DNA from: a virus
Strand: one strand, 5' to 3'
Length of the DNA stretch: 64,000 nt
Virus record (IMG/VR): IMGVR_UViG_3300028597_000007
The position numbers and the translations under genes were made by a program. Positions 27,755-36,891 of the stretch are shown piece by piece; the stretch's first letter is position 1; every line of letters begins with the position of its first letter. A model generated the notes under the pieces. The model was not told the origin of the DNA, searched no databases, and saw only the letters and a program-made list of their open reading frames with translations.

Positions 27755-28633
27755 ATGACCGTAGTTGCTACCCAGAATAACCCAACCTCCGAGAAGTCCG
27801 TAAAGGTAGATATCGACCGCGGTAAACAGGTATTCAGTGCGGCTGACCTGTACAAGCAAGGCGACAATCGCTTTACCGGCGATGTGTTGCCGAATGCCGG
27901 GGATCGGGTATTTGTTCCTTGGTTCGAAGACGGCTACCACATGCTTGTTACTTCCGTAGACTACAAGACACTCAATTGGGTCCATGAGCAAGTTAACGGC
28001 GACGCCTGGAGCGCATGGTCTGCAGACCTGGAGCGCGATCAGCAGAACAAGGCCGGCGGCATTCACATGGACGAACTGACCATGGGTGCAGGACTTGTCC
28101 ACGTTCAGGTTGAGGAAAAGCCAGAAGACGACAAGGGACTCGCAGCCAAGGCCAAGCTAGCCGCTCGTACGGCTGCCCGTAAGACTGCTCAATTGATCCG
28201 CTGGTCTATCTGGGTGGCTATCTCGCTTACCATCATCTGTGCGGCTCTGGTGGTCTCCTATGGCTACAAGACCATGGTGACTGGCCACCTGTCGGACGAG
28301 CGCCCTTGTGCCATCGACTTTGGTGGCGACATGGTGGTGGGCGGTAAGCGTACCTTCAACTACCCATTCAAAGAGATCTATGGCTTCCGCATGGTGGACA
28401 CCAGCAAGATCTCTGAGCGCACCGTGGTAGATGTACGCGGCGATGCCATGACCATCGTTGGTCTCAAAGGCAAGCAACTCCTGCAATCAGAAGATTGGTC
28501 GATCAATGTGGGCGCAGGAGAGCGCGGTATCCAGATCCTCAAGGATGCCGATGTCTACACCTTCGTCGTGAATACTGGCAAGGGTCAGCCACGCGTTCGC
28601 ACCATCACCCATGACGCTATGTGCAAAGGCTAA
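27755..28633 (+). CDS. single-pass membrane protein
   Basis: WSIWVAISLTIICAALVVSYGY hydrophobic segment. Confidence 0.65.
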   Translation: MTVVATQNNPTSEKSVKVDIDRGKQVFSAADLYKQGDNRFTGDVLPNAGDRVFVPWFEDGYHMLVTSVDYKTLNWVHEQVNGDAWSAWSADLERDQQNKAGGIHMDELTMGAGLVHVQVEEKPEDDKGLAAKAKLAARTAARKTAQLIRWSIWVAISLTIICAALVVSYGYKTMVTGHLSDERPCAIDFGGDMVVGGKRTFNYPFKEIYGFRMVDTSKISERTVVDVRGDAMTIVGLKGKQLLQSEDWSINVGAGERGIQILKDADVYTFVVNTGKGQPRVRTITHDAMCKG

Positions 28634-28647
28634 TACACGAGGGAGTC

Positions 28648-29148
28648 ATGTTCGAGACAAAAGCTGAGGGTAGCAGTTACTCCTCCACTTCTACCCGTGC
28701 AGTAAAGGAAGTGGACAAGGGTTGTTTTGTGCTGGAGCATGTCAGCACAGGCAAAGTCATTGTGGGTGTCTCTGATCATGTAACGGATGAGGTGAACCAA
28801 AACCTCAACCAACTGTACGGCGAGACCCACAAGAACAAACACATGAACGAGGTCTGCAAACGAGACCCAGAGTTGCGAGTTCATGTTTATCCAACCAAGA
28901 CTGCCGCGGCGGCTGAGAAGATCGCCAAAGAGATCAAAGGCAGCGTGGAGCCAGCGTATCTTTTTCTAGGGGATAACCTAACGAGGAAGAAACCATGCCC
29001 AGCAAAAGCGAAAAGCAAGCCCGCACAATGCGAGCCGCAGCCCACGACAAAGAGTTCGCGGACAAAGTCGGAATCCCCCAAGACGTTGCCAGAGAGTACG
29101 TCGAAGCCGATCGCAAAGAGCGGGACAAAAAAGAAGGCAAGTAAGTGA
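28648..29148 (+). CDS. degenerate GIY-YIG-like protein with basic tail
   Basis: GCFVLEHVSTGKVIVGVS resembles GIY-x-YIG. Confidence 0.45.
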   Translation: MFETKAEGSSYSSTSTRAVKEVDKGCFVLEHVSTGKVIVGVSDHVTDEVNQNLNQLYGETHKNKHMNEVCKRDPELRVHVYPTKTAAAAEKIAKEIKGSVEPAYLFLGDNLTRKKPCPAKAKSKPAQCEPQPTTKSSRTKSESPKTLPESTSKPIAKSGTKKKASK

Positions 29149-29195
29149 CTGGCGCCGGGGCAACCCGGCGTCTCTCTATGATCGTTGGAGATGTG

Positions 29196-29522
29196 ATGAG
29201 AAACAATAAGTTCGATTTGACCGGGTGGCACAAGCTGGGTATCTACTTCGGCCTGTTCCTGATCATCGTCGGTGGGCTGATGTACCTGCCGGACCTGGCC
29301 CATTACCAGATCAACAAGGCACACTTTGCCAAAACCAAAGGCAGTGCCGTCTGGCTCGAACACGACAACAACATGCGTCGTACCCAGTATTACGGAGAGT
29401 GTCGCCAGATGCCCAAGTTGGTGGGCGATGCTCCAGAGACTTGTGCAGGTGAAGCCTTCAGCCTTTTCCCAGATAGGAACTGGAAACTGGTTGCCGAAGA
29501 GAACATGAAGAAGGGGCTGTGA
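29196..29522 (+). CDS. small membrane protein
   Basis: LGIYFGLFLIIVGGLMYL. Confidence 0.6.
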   Translation: MRNNKFDLTGWHKLGIYFGLFLIIVGGLMYLPDLAHYQINKAHFAKTKGSAVWLEHDNNMRRTQYYGECRQMPKLVGDAPETCAGEAFSLFPDRNWKLVAEENMKKGL

Positions 29523-29523
29523 A

Positions 29524-30747
29524 ATGCAATTCGAATCTAAAGATGGCAAAATCCGTTTCGACGCTATTCGCATCAACCATGTGGCGTTTAGCGGTCAGGC
29601 GTTTACAGGCGCTCCGTTCGAGGGTGATGACGGCGATGGCTGGATTCATGGCGCGATCTCGGCTGGCCTGGTATCGATGGTGTCTGGTGACGCTACCGAG
29701 CACGCGGTATGGGCTGTTAACGTGGGTAATGGTGAGGCTGTGTTGGCGTCTCCGGGCGACTACGTGGTCAAACAGGTGGGTGCCGAAGCCCTTTACGTCT
29801 GCCTGGGTCCTCTATGGGAACTTCTCACGCAACCGGTACAGACCATCCAAGACGTCTGCGATGCGCTCCATGCGAAAGTAGACGCCAAGGTCGAAGCAAC
29901 GGCCAAGGAGCATCGGTCAGGGTTTGATGTGTCTGCCTGGTGTGACTACGTTGAAGAATGTCTGGGTAAGCCGGACGTTGCCTTCGACGTCGATTGGCAG
30001 CTGTTGTTCAATGAACTGCACAATGACATCGGTGAGGCCGAAACGATCACCCTGCCTCCACGGGCTTTCCGCCTGTATGGTGTCCTGACCCACATGGTCA
30101 ACCATCGAATGGAACCGGACGACCGTTACTTCCGTAACGCTGCCATGTGGGCAGAGATCATCCAAGATGCCCGTGCGAAGGGTGACCTGTTCTTGGAGCG
30201 GGTGTTGAAAGATCGGGTTGATGTTGGTGAGGATCAGGAATTGATCACTGTAGCACCTAAGCCTCGTCCTGCCACCCCAGAAGAGATCGGCCACCCTAAC
30301 CCAGTGGAAGGCCGTACCTATGGCATGGCTCTGGAATCGGCGATTCCTGTTCTGGATCAGGACAACAACCTCGTTGGCACTGCTCACGTTGGTGAGGAGA
30401 TCCAGATGAGCGCCAAGGAAGTTCTGGCAGTCAAGTCCACAGATGCACCAACCGACTACGACTCGCGCATGAACGCCTGGTGTGATCGGGTTCACCGCGA
30501 GTACCTGAACCTTCACCCCAACGTGCTGCGCCCCTGGGTGGGTTTGGCCGAAGAGGTTGAGGTTATCATGGCTGGGCGTGAGGTGGCCAGTCTACCACGA
30601 CCATGGTTGGTCGCCTACGGCACCGTACACGCTATGGCGAAGCAGTATGAGCTGTTGAAGCCAGGCCCTGACGAACTGGAGTCCCTGATGGTTAGCAAAA
30701 ACATCGGCGCTACTCTGGCCAATCAGCTGTTAGGTTCGGTCGAGTAA
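29524..30747 (+). CDS. hypothetical protein (407 aa)
   Basis: long ORF followed by a hairpin. Confidence 0.75.
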   Translation: MQFESKDGKIRFDAIRINHVAFSGQAFTGAPFEGDDGDGWIHGAISAGLVSMVSGDATEHAVWAVNVGNGEAVLASPGDYVVKQVGAEALYVCLGPLWELLTQPVQTIQDVCDALHAKVDAKVEATAKEHRSGFDVSAWCDYVEECLGKPDVAFDVDWQLLFNELHNDIGEAETITLPPRAFRLYGVLTHMVNHRMEPDDRYFRNAAMWAEIIQDARAKGDLFLERVLKDRVDVGEDQELITVAPKPRPATPEEIGHPNPVEGRTYGMALESAIPVLDQDNNLVGTAHVGEEIQMSAKEVLAVKSTDAPTDYDSRMNAWCDRVHREYLNLHPNVLRPWVGLAEEVEVIMAGREVASLPRPWLVAYGTVHAMAKQYELLKPGPDELESLMVSKNIGATLANQLLGSVE

Positions 30748-30750
30748 CAA

Positions 30751-30789
30751 GCATAACTCCCGCCCCCTCCAAGGGGCGGGAGCCTATGT
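30751..30789. terminator. GCATA/TATG-family hairpin
   Basis: gcataa-ctcccgcccc-ctccaa-ggggcgggag-cctatg. Confidence 0.8.
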
Positions 30790-30841
30790 CGTCAACTGTA
30801 AATTTTTGCCCTAATGGTAAAACTGTTTTGGGAAATGTGTT

Positions 30842-31729
30842 ATGAATCTCGTAGCATTGAAGGCAGCCAAGAACGATCTGGTTGCATCGGTCTTTACCAA
30901 CATCATGGCCAACTGGGCAAAGGAGCCTGGCCTGGTCACATGGAAGAAGAACTTGGAAGTGGCCTACCACCACACCAAGCGTCAAGGCACTACCATCGGC
31001 CTGTTCAGCAACCTTGCTGGCAAACTGGGTGGTAAGGTTGATGACCTGCCTTTCTTCCAGATTCAGGCTGAGAGGCTTCCATTTAAGCTCATTAACGTCG
31101 AAGGGTGGAAGGTCAACTTCGGTATCAATGAGTATCTCGGGACGCGTTACAACGAAGTAGCGGCGCTCCTAGTACCGTTCATGACTTACGCGACAGTTCT
31201 TTACCACAACAAGAACAACCTGATCTGGAACATCGAGGTCGGGGACTGGACAAAACGCGAGCCTTTGGTGATTACCTTCGCCACACCTCAGTCTCTGGTC
31301 AAGCTGGCGTTGTGGGGCCACATCCTGGTGAGTGACGCCACGCTGATTGGCGCGCACACCCCACTGCCAATACCGTTACAAGTACCGGACTTTGACGAAG
31401 CACAGCTTAAGGTGTTCGACAAGTATTCGGATGAGCGCATTATCCACGAGCTGATGCGTAACCGTCACGGTAAACCGATCTTCTGGGGACCTGCGCATGC
31501 TGAACGCATTGTGGGCACCTACGACAACGCTCGACTGGAGAACGGCTACATCACCGTAGACGCCTCGCTGATCGATCCCACCGAATGGCACAGCCTGGAG
31601 ATGGGGGTGGTTATTATCCCGCGTCAACGTTACGATACTAAACGTAGTGGGCGCAAATATACCAAGCGCTACATCACCCCGCACACAGAACTGGAAGTCA
31701 GACTTCTGGTCACGATAACCAAGGAATAG
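30842..31729 (+). CDS. hypothetical protein
   Basis: ORF track. Confidence 0.7.
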   Translation: MNLVALKAAKNDLVASVFTNIMANWAKEPGLVTWKKNLEVAYHHTKRQGTTIGLFSNLAGKLGGKVDDLPFFQIQAERLPFKLINVEGWKVNFGINEYLGTRYNEVAALLVPFMTYATVLYHNKNNLIWNIEVGDWTKREPLVITFATPQSLVKLALWGHILVSDATLIGAHTPLPIPLQVPDFDEAQLKVFDKYSDERIIHELMRNRHGKPIFWGPAHAERIVGTYDNARLENGYITVDASLIDPTEWHSLEMGVVIIPRQRYDTKRSGRKYTKRYITPHTELEVRLLVTITKE

Positions 31730-31732
31730 ATC

Positions 31733-32239
31733 ATGCTCTACATTTACGGGGAAGCACACTTTCAACCGGAGTCGGTCAAGTTTATCCACGCCGAAATCGA
31801 ACGTATCCGTCCACAAGTTCTGATCCACGAGCTACTTAACGACGCGGTACTGTCGGCCACCGATGTCAAAATCCAACTGAGCCACTGCGATGGTAAGGAC
31901 TGGTGTGACCCACGTGTCAACATCGACGTGTTCCGCTTGGCCAGTCGGTTGAAGATCCCTGTATTTGGGTGTGACCTGTCGCAGACTGAGCTGGACAGTC
32001 TACGGGATCTCTCGCTGGCCAAACAATTTGCTCGGCGCGAGAAACGAATGCTGGAAGTGATGCGGGTTGTCCCCAACTCCCGTTTCGCTCGTGTTGTTTG
32101 CGTGGTGGGTGACATCCACCTGCGCAGTAAGTCAAGTAAAGAACTAGGCGATGCATCCTGCATTGTCAAGGCCATCAACAATCGTTCTCTTAAGGCAGAC
32201 GTAGTCCGCTGCCGGGAAGAATGGAGAGAAGCAGAATGA
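31733..32239 (+). CDS. ChaN/TraB/EreA-superfamily-like protein
   Basis: IYGEAH...IHEL...GCD...REKRM...VVGDIHL pattern. Confidence 0.45.
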   Translation: MLYIYGEAHFQPESVKFIHAEIERIRPQVLIHELLNDAVLSATDVKIQLSHCDGKDWCDPRVNIDVFRLASRLKIPVFGCDLSQTELDSLRDLSLAKQFARREKRMLEVMRVVPNSRFARVVCVVGDIHLRSKSSKELGDASCIVKAINNRSLKADVVRCREEWREAE

Positions 32240-32718
32240 CAAAGCAATATCGAATCCCCCTACGCATCGGCACTTTCTTTACCACTTTTCAATCGGAGGG
32301 TCAGGTTGTGGCTGACCTGATTGAAAGTGACTGGAGGGAACTCTACATGTTCCCCCTGTTCCTTGGCAATGAGCGTTACAAGCCCAAGCCTGAGAACCTC
32401 CACCCGCAGGCCATGACTGCTGACACGCTGGTCGTTCCATGTGACGACCCGCAACCTCTGCGCCCGATGCCTGTAAAGGTCGGGCAGGTTACCGGCTTCT
32501 TCATGTCGGCAAGTGATGGACCCTACATGGAGTTTGAGGCCACTTCTGACGAGGTGGACTTCGACAACCAGAACTGGGAAGCCCATGTGGAATTCACTCC
32601 TCGGCTCAACAATCCCCGCGACTGTGTCACCCGCGTTCGTCTCAGTCAGTTGGGGGGTGGTGACGAAGTCCATGGCCTGCATCGTGACATGATGGAGGGG
32701 CAGGATGAACCTGCGTAA
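32236..32718 (+). CDS. hypothetical protein
   Basis: coupled ORF. Confidence 0.6.
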   Translation: MTKQYRIPLRIGTFFTTFQSEGQVVADLIESDWRELYMFPLFLGNERYKPKPENLHPQAMTADTLVVPCDDPQPLRPMPVKVGQVTGFFMSASDGPYMEFEATSDEVDFDNQNWEAHVEFTPRLNNPRDCVTRVRLSQLGGGDEVHGLHRDMMEGQDEPA

Positions 32719-33010
32719 GTGGTGGGGTATGCGTCGGGCTAAGAAGCACTTCGCATACATTCGCACGCTCTGGATTGAGCAGCTTCGCGTTGACATTCAG
32801 CCTTACGGCATTGGTATCACCGGCAACCTTAAAGTCTACTGTGGGTTCTGTCATTGTACCGAGTGTCGCTGTGGGGATTACCGCAACGACAAGCTAGCCA
32901 AGGTGCGGGCAGAACTGCGCCGTATTCATGAACTACATCACAACGATGTCAAGAACACACTTGACGTCATTGAGAAACTGGAGAGAGATTGCGATGAACG
33001 TGTTTCATGA
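32705..33010 (+). CDS. small Cys-rich protein
   Basis: CGFCHCTECRCG. Confidence 0.55.
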   Translation: MNLRKWWGMRRAKKHFAYIRTLWIEQLRVDIQPYGIGITGNLKVYCGFCHCTECRCGDYRNDKLAKVRAELRRIHELHHNDVKNTLDVIEKLERDCDERVS

Positions 33011-33269
33011 AATGCTTAAGAGCATTCGTCGTTGGCGCCTGATTAAGCGCCTGGAGGCCGAGCACGAGAAGAGTCGTGCAGAGTTCCTCAAGCGTATCCA
33101 GGACGAAGGCTACACGCTGCTGGATGATTCCCAGGTGGTGTGCGACCAGTGCATGTCCAACTGCGGTCAATGTGGCTCCAGCATCCGCATGCATACTCTG
33201 ACCAAGGAGTACGACACGCTCAATGCCTGTCACCAGATCACGTTGGAATCGTTCAAGAGGCACGCGTAA
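32994..33269 (+). CDS. small Cys-rich protein
   Basis: CDQCMSNCGQCG. Confidence 0.55.
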   Translation: MNVFHEMLKSIRRWRLIKRLEAEHEKSRAEFLKRIQDEGYTLLDDSQVVCDQCMSNCGQCGSSIRMHTLTKEYDTLNACHQITLESFKRHA

Positions 33270-33628
33270 TGGCCAGGGTAAATTTGTCTGTTTTCGACAG
33301 GACAGTGGATCGCACAACCAAGGCCTACGTGTACTACTCGAAGCTACGCGACATCAGGGAGAGACGCATCAAGGTTCTGGTGAGCAAGTACCAAAAGATT
33401 CGCCGCATCAAAGAGGTGGTTCGCCGGTTTGGCCTGACCATTGTCGATGGGTCGGTTGAGTTAGTGCCTGGTGTGGAATACAACGCTAGTGCGCCAGCAG
33501 TTGCCCGCAGCTTGAATGCAATGAACACCCGTAGTGGGTACATGCATCACTGCTTTGACAAGGCAAATATTCGCTCCACTATGTTGGCCAATCTGGTACT
33601 TAACCTCATCGAAAGGCGCACCCAATGA
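33269..33628 (+). CDS. basic hypothetical protein
   Basis: TAATG coupling. Confidence 0.55.
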   Translation: MARVNLSVFDRTVDRTTKAYVYYSKLRDIRERRIKVLVSKYQKIRRIKEVVRRFGLTIVDGSVELVPGVEYNASAPAVARSLNAMNTRSGYMHHCFDKANIRSTMLANLVLNLIERRTQ

Positions 33629-33840
33629 AGTTGCTTAAATACATCTACCACTGGCTCAAGCTTGGGGTAGAGTACCGCAGGGAGATGGACCGTATCCGGG
33701 AACGGTACGAGTGCGATGACTGCTACAGCGATTGTGGTCAGTGTGGCATTGGCACCGGTATGATGACCAGACCGCGGGCAGAGGCTAAGCGCGCACTGCA
33801 GGTTGGTCGTGCAGTGCTTTTTGAAACCTACTGGAGGTAG
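33625..33840 (+). CDS. small Cys-rich protein
   Basis: CDDCYSDCGQCG. Confidence 0.55.
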   Translation: MKLLKYIYHWLKLGVEYRREMDRIRERYECDDCYSDCGQCGIGTGMMTRPRAEAKRALQVGRAVLFETYWR

Positions 33841-33844
33841 TGCC

Positions 33845-34429
33845 ATGCCTAAAACTTACGCCGGAGTGGGGTCAAGGGATACCCCACAAGACATGCTGGA
33901 CCTGATGTATCGCATGGCCAAAGTGTTGTGTGACCTTGGATGGGTTGGTAACTCTGGCGAGGCTCCTGGTGCCGATTGGTATTTCCATGAAGGTGCCAGG
34001 GCTAGTAAGAATTATGGCCCTGGTATGTTCAATGCCATCATTCCGTGGAATGGATTCAAGACACAGAACCAGGTCAAGGTGTATGAGAAGCCTGGTAACA
34101 ACATCTACGTCATGGACAATTACCGCCGCAAGCGGGCAAGGGTATTGGGCATCGGGGCACGTGGGACATTACGTGGCCTAGATACACCGGGTAAGATTGA
34201 CCTACATGCACGCAACGCAATGCAGGTGCTTGGCATGGATCTTTGTACTCCAATCAAGTTCCTGGTCTGCTGGGCGAAACCAGTGGGCAAAGAAGGCAAG
34301 GTATCTGGCGGAACCAACACAGCAGTTGCGTTGGCACTGCACTTTGGTATCGATGTAATCAATCTAGCTACACCTCAAGGTTTGGGCAGGGCCCTGGCAT
34401 TCCTTGAGGAACATGAGGAAGCAGCATGA
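33845..34429 (+). CDS. SLOG-family (DprA/Smf-like) nucleotide-binding protein
   Basis: YAGVGSRDTP...SGEAPGAD...GGTNTAV. Confidence 0.65.
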   Translation: MPKTYAGVGSRDTPQDMLDLMYRMAKVLCDLGWVGNSGEAPGADWYFHEGARASKNYGPGMFNAIIPWNGFKTQNQVKVYEKPGNNIYVMDNYRRKRARVLGIGARGTLRGLDTPGKIDLHARNAMQVLGMDLCTPIKFLVCWAKPVGKEGKVSGGTNTAVALALHFGIDVINLATPQGLGRALAFLEEHEEAA

Positions 34430-35037
34430 GCACTCAAAAGTTCCAACGTTTTGATCACATCAAGATTGCCGAAGATCTTGGTTCAGCGATGTCCCACTTC
34501 AAGTCTGGAGTGGAAGCCATCGTGTTGTACAGCTACAAGGAAAAGTACGGTGGGCGTCATCACGCCCACCAGTATTGTCTCTACTTCAAAGGTGGTGGTC
34601 AGTCTGCCTGGTACAACGAGAACCAGCTCACCCTCATCGCATCCGGTCAGGAAGCCCTTTACAACGACTGGAACACCCAAGCGGAAGAAAGAAAGAAGCG
34701 GCACAGTGATCTGGAATGGATCTTCTCTCCAAAGCACATGACCGCGGACTTCTCTCTGTCTGGCGACTCGGCCCAAGCCATTGCCGACCTGATGGATGCT
34801 GGTAGTCTCTGGGGATCTCGTGGGGAAGGTTGGACGTGGTACGATAACTACCAGGCCGTAGCCAGATTCGCTCTCCCGTACATCGTTGCGGGCGACAAGG
34901 ATGGCTTCATGGCCGCCGTTGAGAAGGTCAAGGAAAGCATCGCAGCGGCAAGGGCTGGACACAAACCCGAGCCATGCACTCCACCGTATCACCCACAACC
35001 CCCTGAACCTGAGCCGAAGCCTCAGGACAAGGATTAA
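34426..35037 (+). CDS. hypothetical protein
   Basis: coupled ORF. Confidence 0.65.
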   Translation: MSTQKFQRFDHIKIAEDLGSAMSHFKSGVEAIVLYSYKEKYGGRHHAHQYCLYFKGGGQSAWYNENQLTLIASGQEALYNDWNTQAEERKKRHSDLEWIFSPKHMTADFSLSGDSAQAIADLMDAGSLWGSRGEGWTWYDNYQAVARFALPYIVAGDKDGFMAAVEKVKESIAAARAGHKPEPCTPPYHPQPPEPEPKPQDKD

Positions 35038-35039
35038 CA

Positions 35040-35381
35040 ATGGCTAAGAAAGGCTTTGTGATACATCGCACGGTCATTCTGGAATACGACCGGAATGACC
35101 TGGATGCCGAAGAACGCATCAATGACTTTGTTCATGACGGTATCCATCACATCGAATGGGAGGGTGACTTGCAAGATCCTTACATTCGGTCGAAGAAAGT
35201 TGTGTGTTATCTGCGCAGCTTCATGTTTAGCGACGGGTTCCTGTACGCATCCGTCATCCCCCGTGCGGGAGAGAAGACCTTGCCGGAAGGCTGGCCACTC
35301 ACCCATGACTTTAAAGTGATGAAGAGCCCTAGTGGTGGCATCACCAAAATTGTTCTGGTTAAGAAAGAGGACGAGGCGTGA
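35040..35381 (+). CDS. hypothetical protein
   Basis: coupled ORF. Confidence 0.55.
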   Translation: MAKKGFVIHRTVILEYDRNDLDAEERINDFVHDGIHHIEWEGDLQDPYIRSKKVVCYLRSFMFSDGFLYASVIPRAGEKTLPEGWPLTHDFKVMKSPSGGITKIVLVKKEDEA

Positions 35382-35989
35382 CTACAGCAGTTTTCGATGG
35401 TAAGTATCTGGCGGCCGATACCCGTGTTACTTCCAGAATGCCGGAGATGGATCGTTGCTGTCCGTCCTGCGACAAAGAGATCAACAAGACCTACGGCGTT
35501 GTCAGGAAGTTGGCAGTACCGCCTTCTGGCAAGGCGATGTTCCGTGGGCAGAAGACTGTAGCGTGGGCCGGTGCAGGCATGCTTAAAACCATGAAAGCAT
35601 TCAGCCGGGCAATGGACAAGAACATGCCACTGGAAGACGTACACAACGTCATCAAGATGGCGGGTGGCAGCCTGGACTGCAGCATTCTGGTTGTTACCGA
35701 AGAAAGCTGCTGGCAGATCGAGGTGCGTGACACCCTGACAGTTACCGAAGTCAAAGAGTTCCCAGTGGCCATTGGCTCTGGTTTACCTGCTGCGCTGTTT
35801 GCCTGCAAGTACCTGAACATGACTGCGTTCGGTGCGGTGGGCGCTGCCTCGCTGAGTGATCCATCAACCGGCGGGGCTATCCATTACGTGGACTGTCGCC
35901 CAGAGAACGGCGAAGTTCCCCGTATGCAATCTGACACCTGGTCTGACCAGGAAATGCGTGACCACCTCAAGGAGATGCAACATGTCTGA
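35378..35989 (+). CDS. HslV/proteasome-beta-like Ntn threonine peptidase
   Basis: N-terminal (M)TT, LAADTRVT, AIGSG, DPSTGG. Confidence 0.7.
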   Translation: MTTAVFDGKYLAADTRVTSRMPEMDRCCPSCDKEINKTYGVVRKLAVPPSGKAMFRGQKTVAWAGAGMLKTMKAFSRAMDKNMPLEDVHNVIKMAGGSLDCSILVVTEESCWQIEVRDTLTVTEVKEFPVAIGSGLPAALFACKYLNMTAFGAVGAASLSDPSTGGAIHYVDCRPENGEVPRMQSDTWSDQEMRDHLKEMQHV

Positions 35990-36815
35990 AGCCCAAAAGG
36001 ATTTCGTCCTTGTCCCGAACTACGACGACGGCAAGTATTTCCGTCTGACCGATGGCAACCACATCGTTGACGACCACGGTAATATCTTCATGAACAACGT
36101 GCGGATATTCCATCTCAATTACGAGAGTCCGTGGACCAACGTCTACTATCCGGCCAGCCCATCCGCGTTGGACGCGATCTACAGCTGGTGTAACCGCGGG
36201 GTAGACGGGCTCTTCTTCGCGGAGTACGGCAACCCACAATTACCAGAAGAGCACAGCGAGAAACTCAAGCGTCTGATGACGCTGGACGATAGTCGTTGTG
36301 TAGCGCGGTTCTCCAAGACCCGTGTGGTGAATGAGCTGAACGGACAGCATGTAGCCCCAGGTGCCTGGGTAGTGGCTGACGTTGTTTTCCCAGCACTCGC
36401 CCAGGGCAGTGACGGCTATCTCATCGCATACATGAAAGCGGGTGGTCCATTCCGATTCTCGCAGCGCTCCACTGCAGAAAGTCGGTACGGTTACGAGAGC
36501 AAGAGGCACATGCTCATCAACACCCTGGCCACGTTTGACATCATCACCAAGGAGATGGATGACAAGGACATCGCCGAAGAAGCTCGGATCAAGGCCGAGC
36601 GGGCAGAGCGCAATGAGCGCGAATCGGCTGAGTGCGGTGCCTCCGAGCTGATCGAGGAGCCGGCGGATGAGGCTGATCCCAACCCAAAGGCCGAACTGCA
36701 TCCGAAGACCCAGGCACTGATGCGTCGCGCGCTACCTGCCGGTTACGATGAGAAAGCTCCTTGCGATGTCGACACCAGCAAGGAAGCGTACCTCGAAAAG
36801 CCCGCCTCCGAATAA
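35982..36815 (+). CDS. hypothetical protein
   Basis: aggag RBS. Confidence 0.7.
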   Translation: MSEAQKDFVLVPNYDDGKYFRLTDGNHIVDDHGNIFMNNVRIFHLNYESPWTNVYYPASPSALDAIYSWCNRGVDGLFFAEYGNPQLPEEHSEKLKRLMTLDDSRCVARFSKTRVVNELNGQHVAPGAWVVADVVFPALAQGSDGYLIAYMKAGGPFRFSQRSTAESRYGYESKRHMLINTLATFDIITKEMDDKDIAEEARIKAERAERNERESAECGASELIEEPADEADPNPKAELHPKTQALMRRALPAGYDEKAPCDVDTSKEAYLEKPASE

Positions 36816-36824
36816 CCGAATCTG

Positions 36825-36846
36825 AAACCTAGATCATTGAAGTGAA
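36825..36846 (+). promoter_or_regulatory. phage promoter-like motif
   Basis: aaacctagatcattgaagtgaa. Confidence 0.55.
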
Positions 36847-36891
36847 GACCTATACCAAGTCTTCACTTCTTTCACACAAGGGAACTTAACT

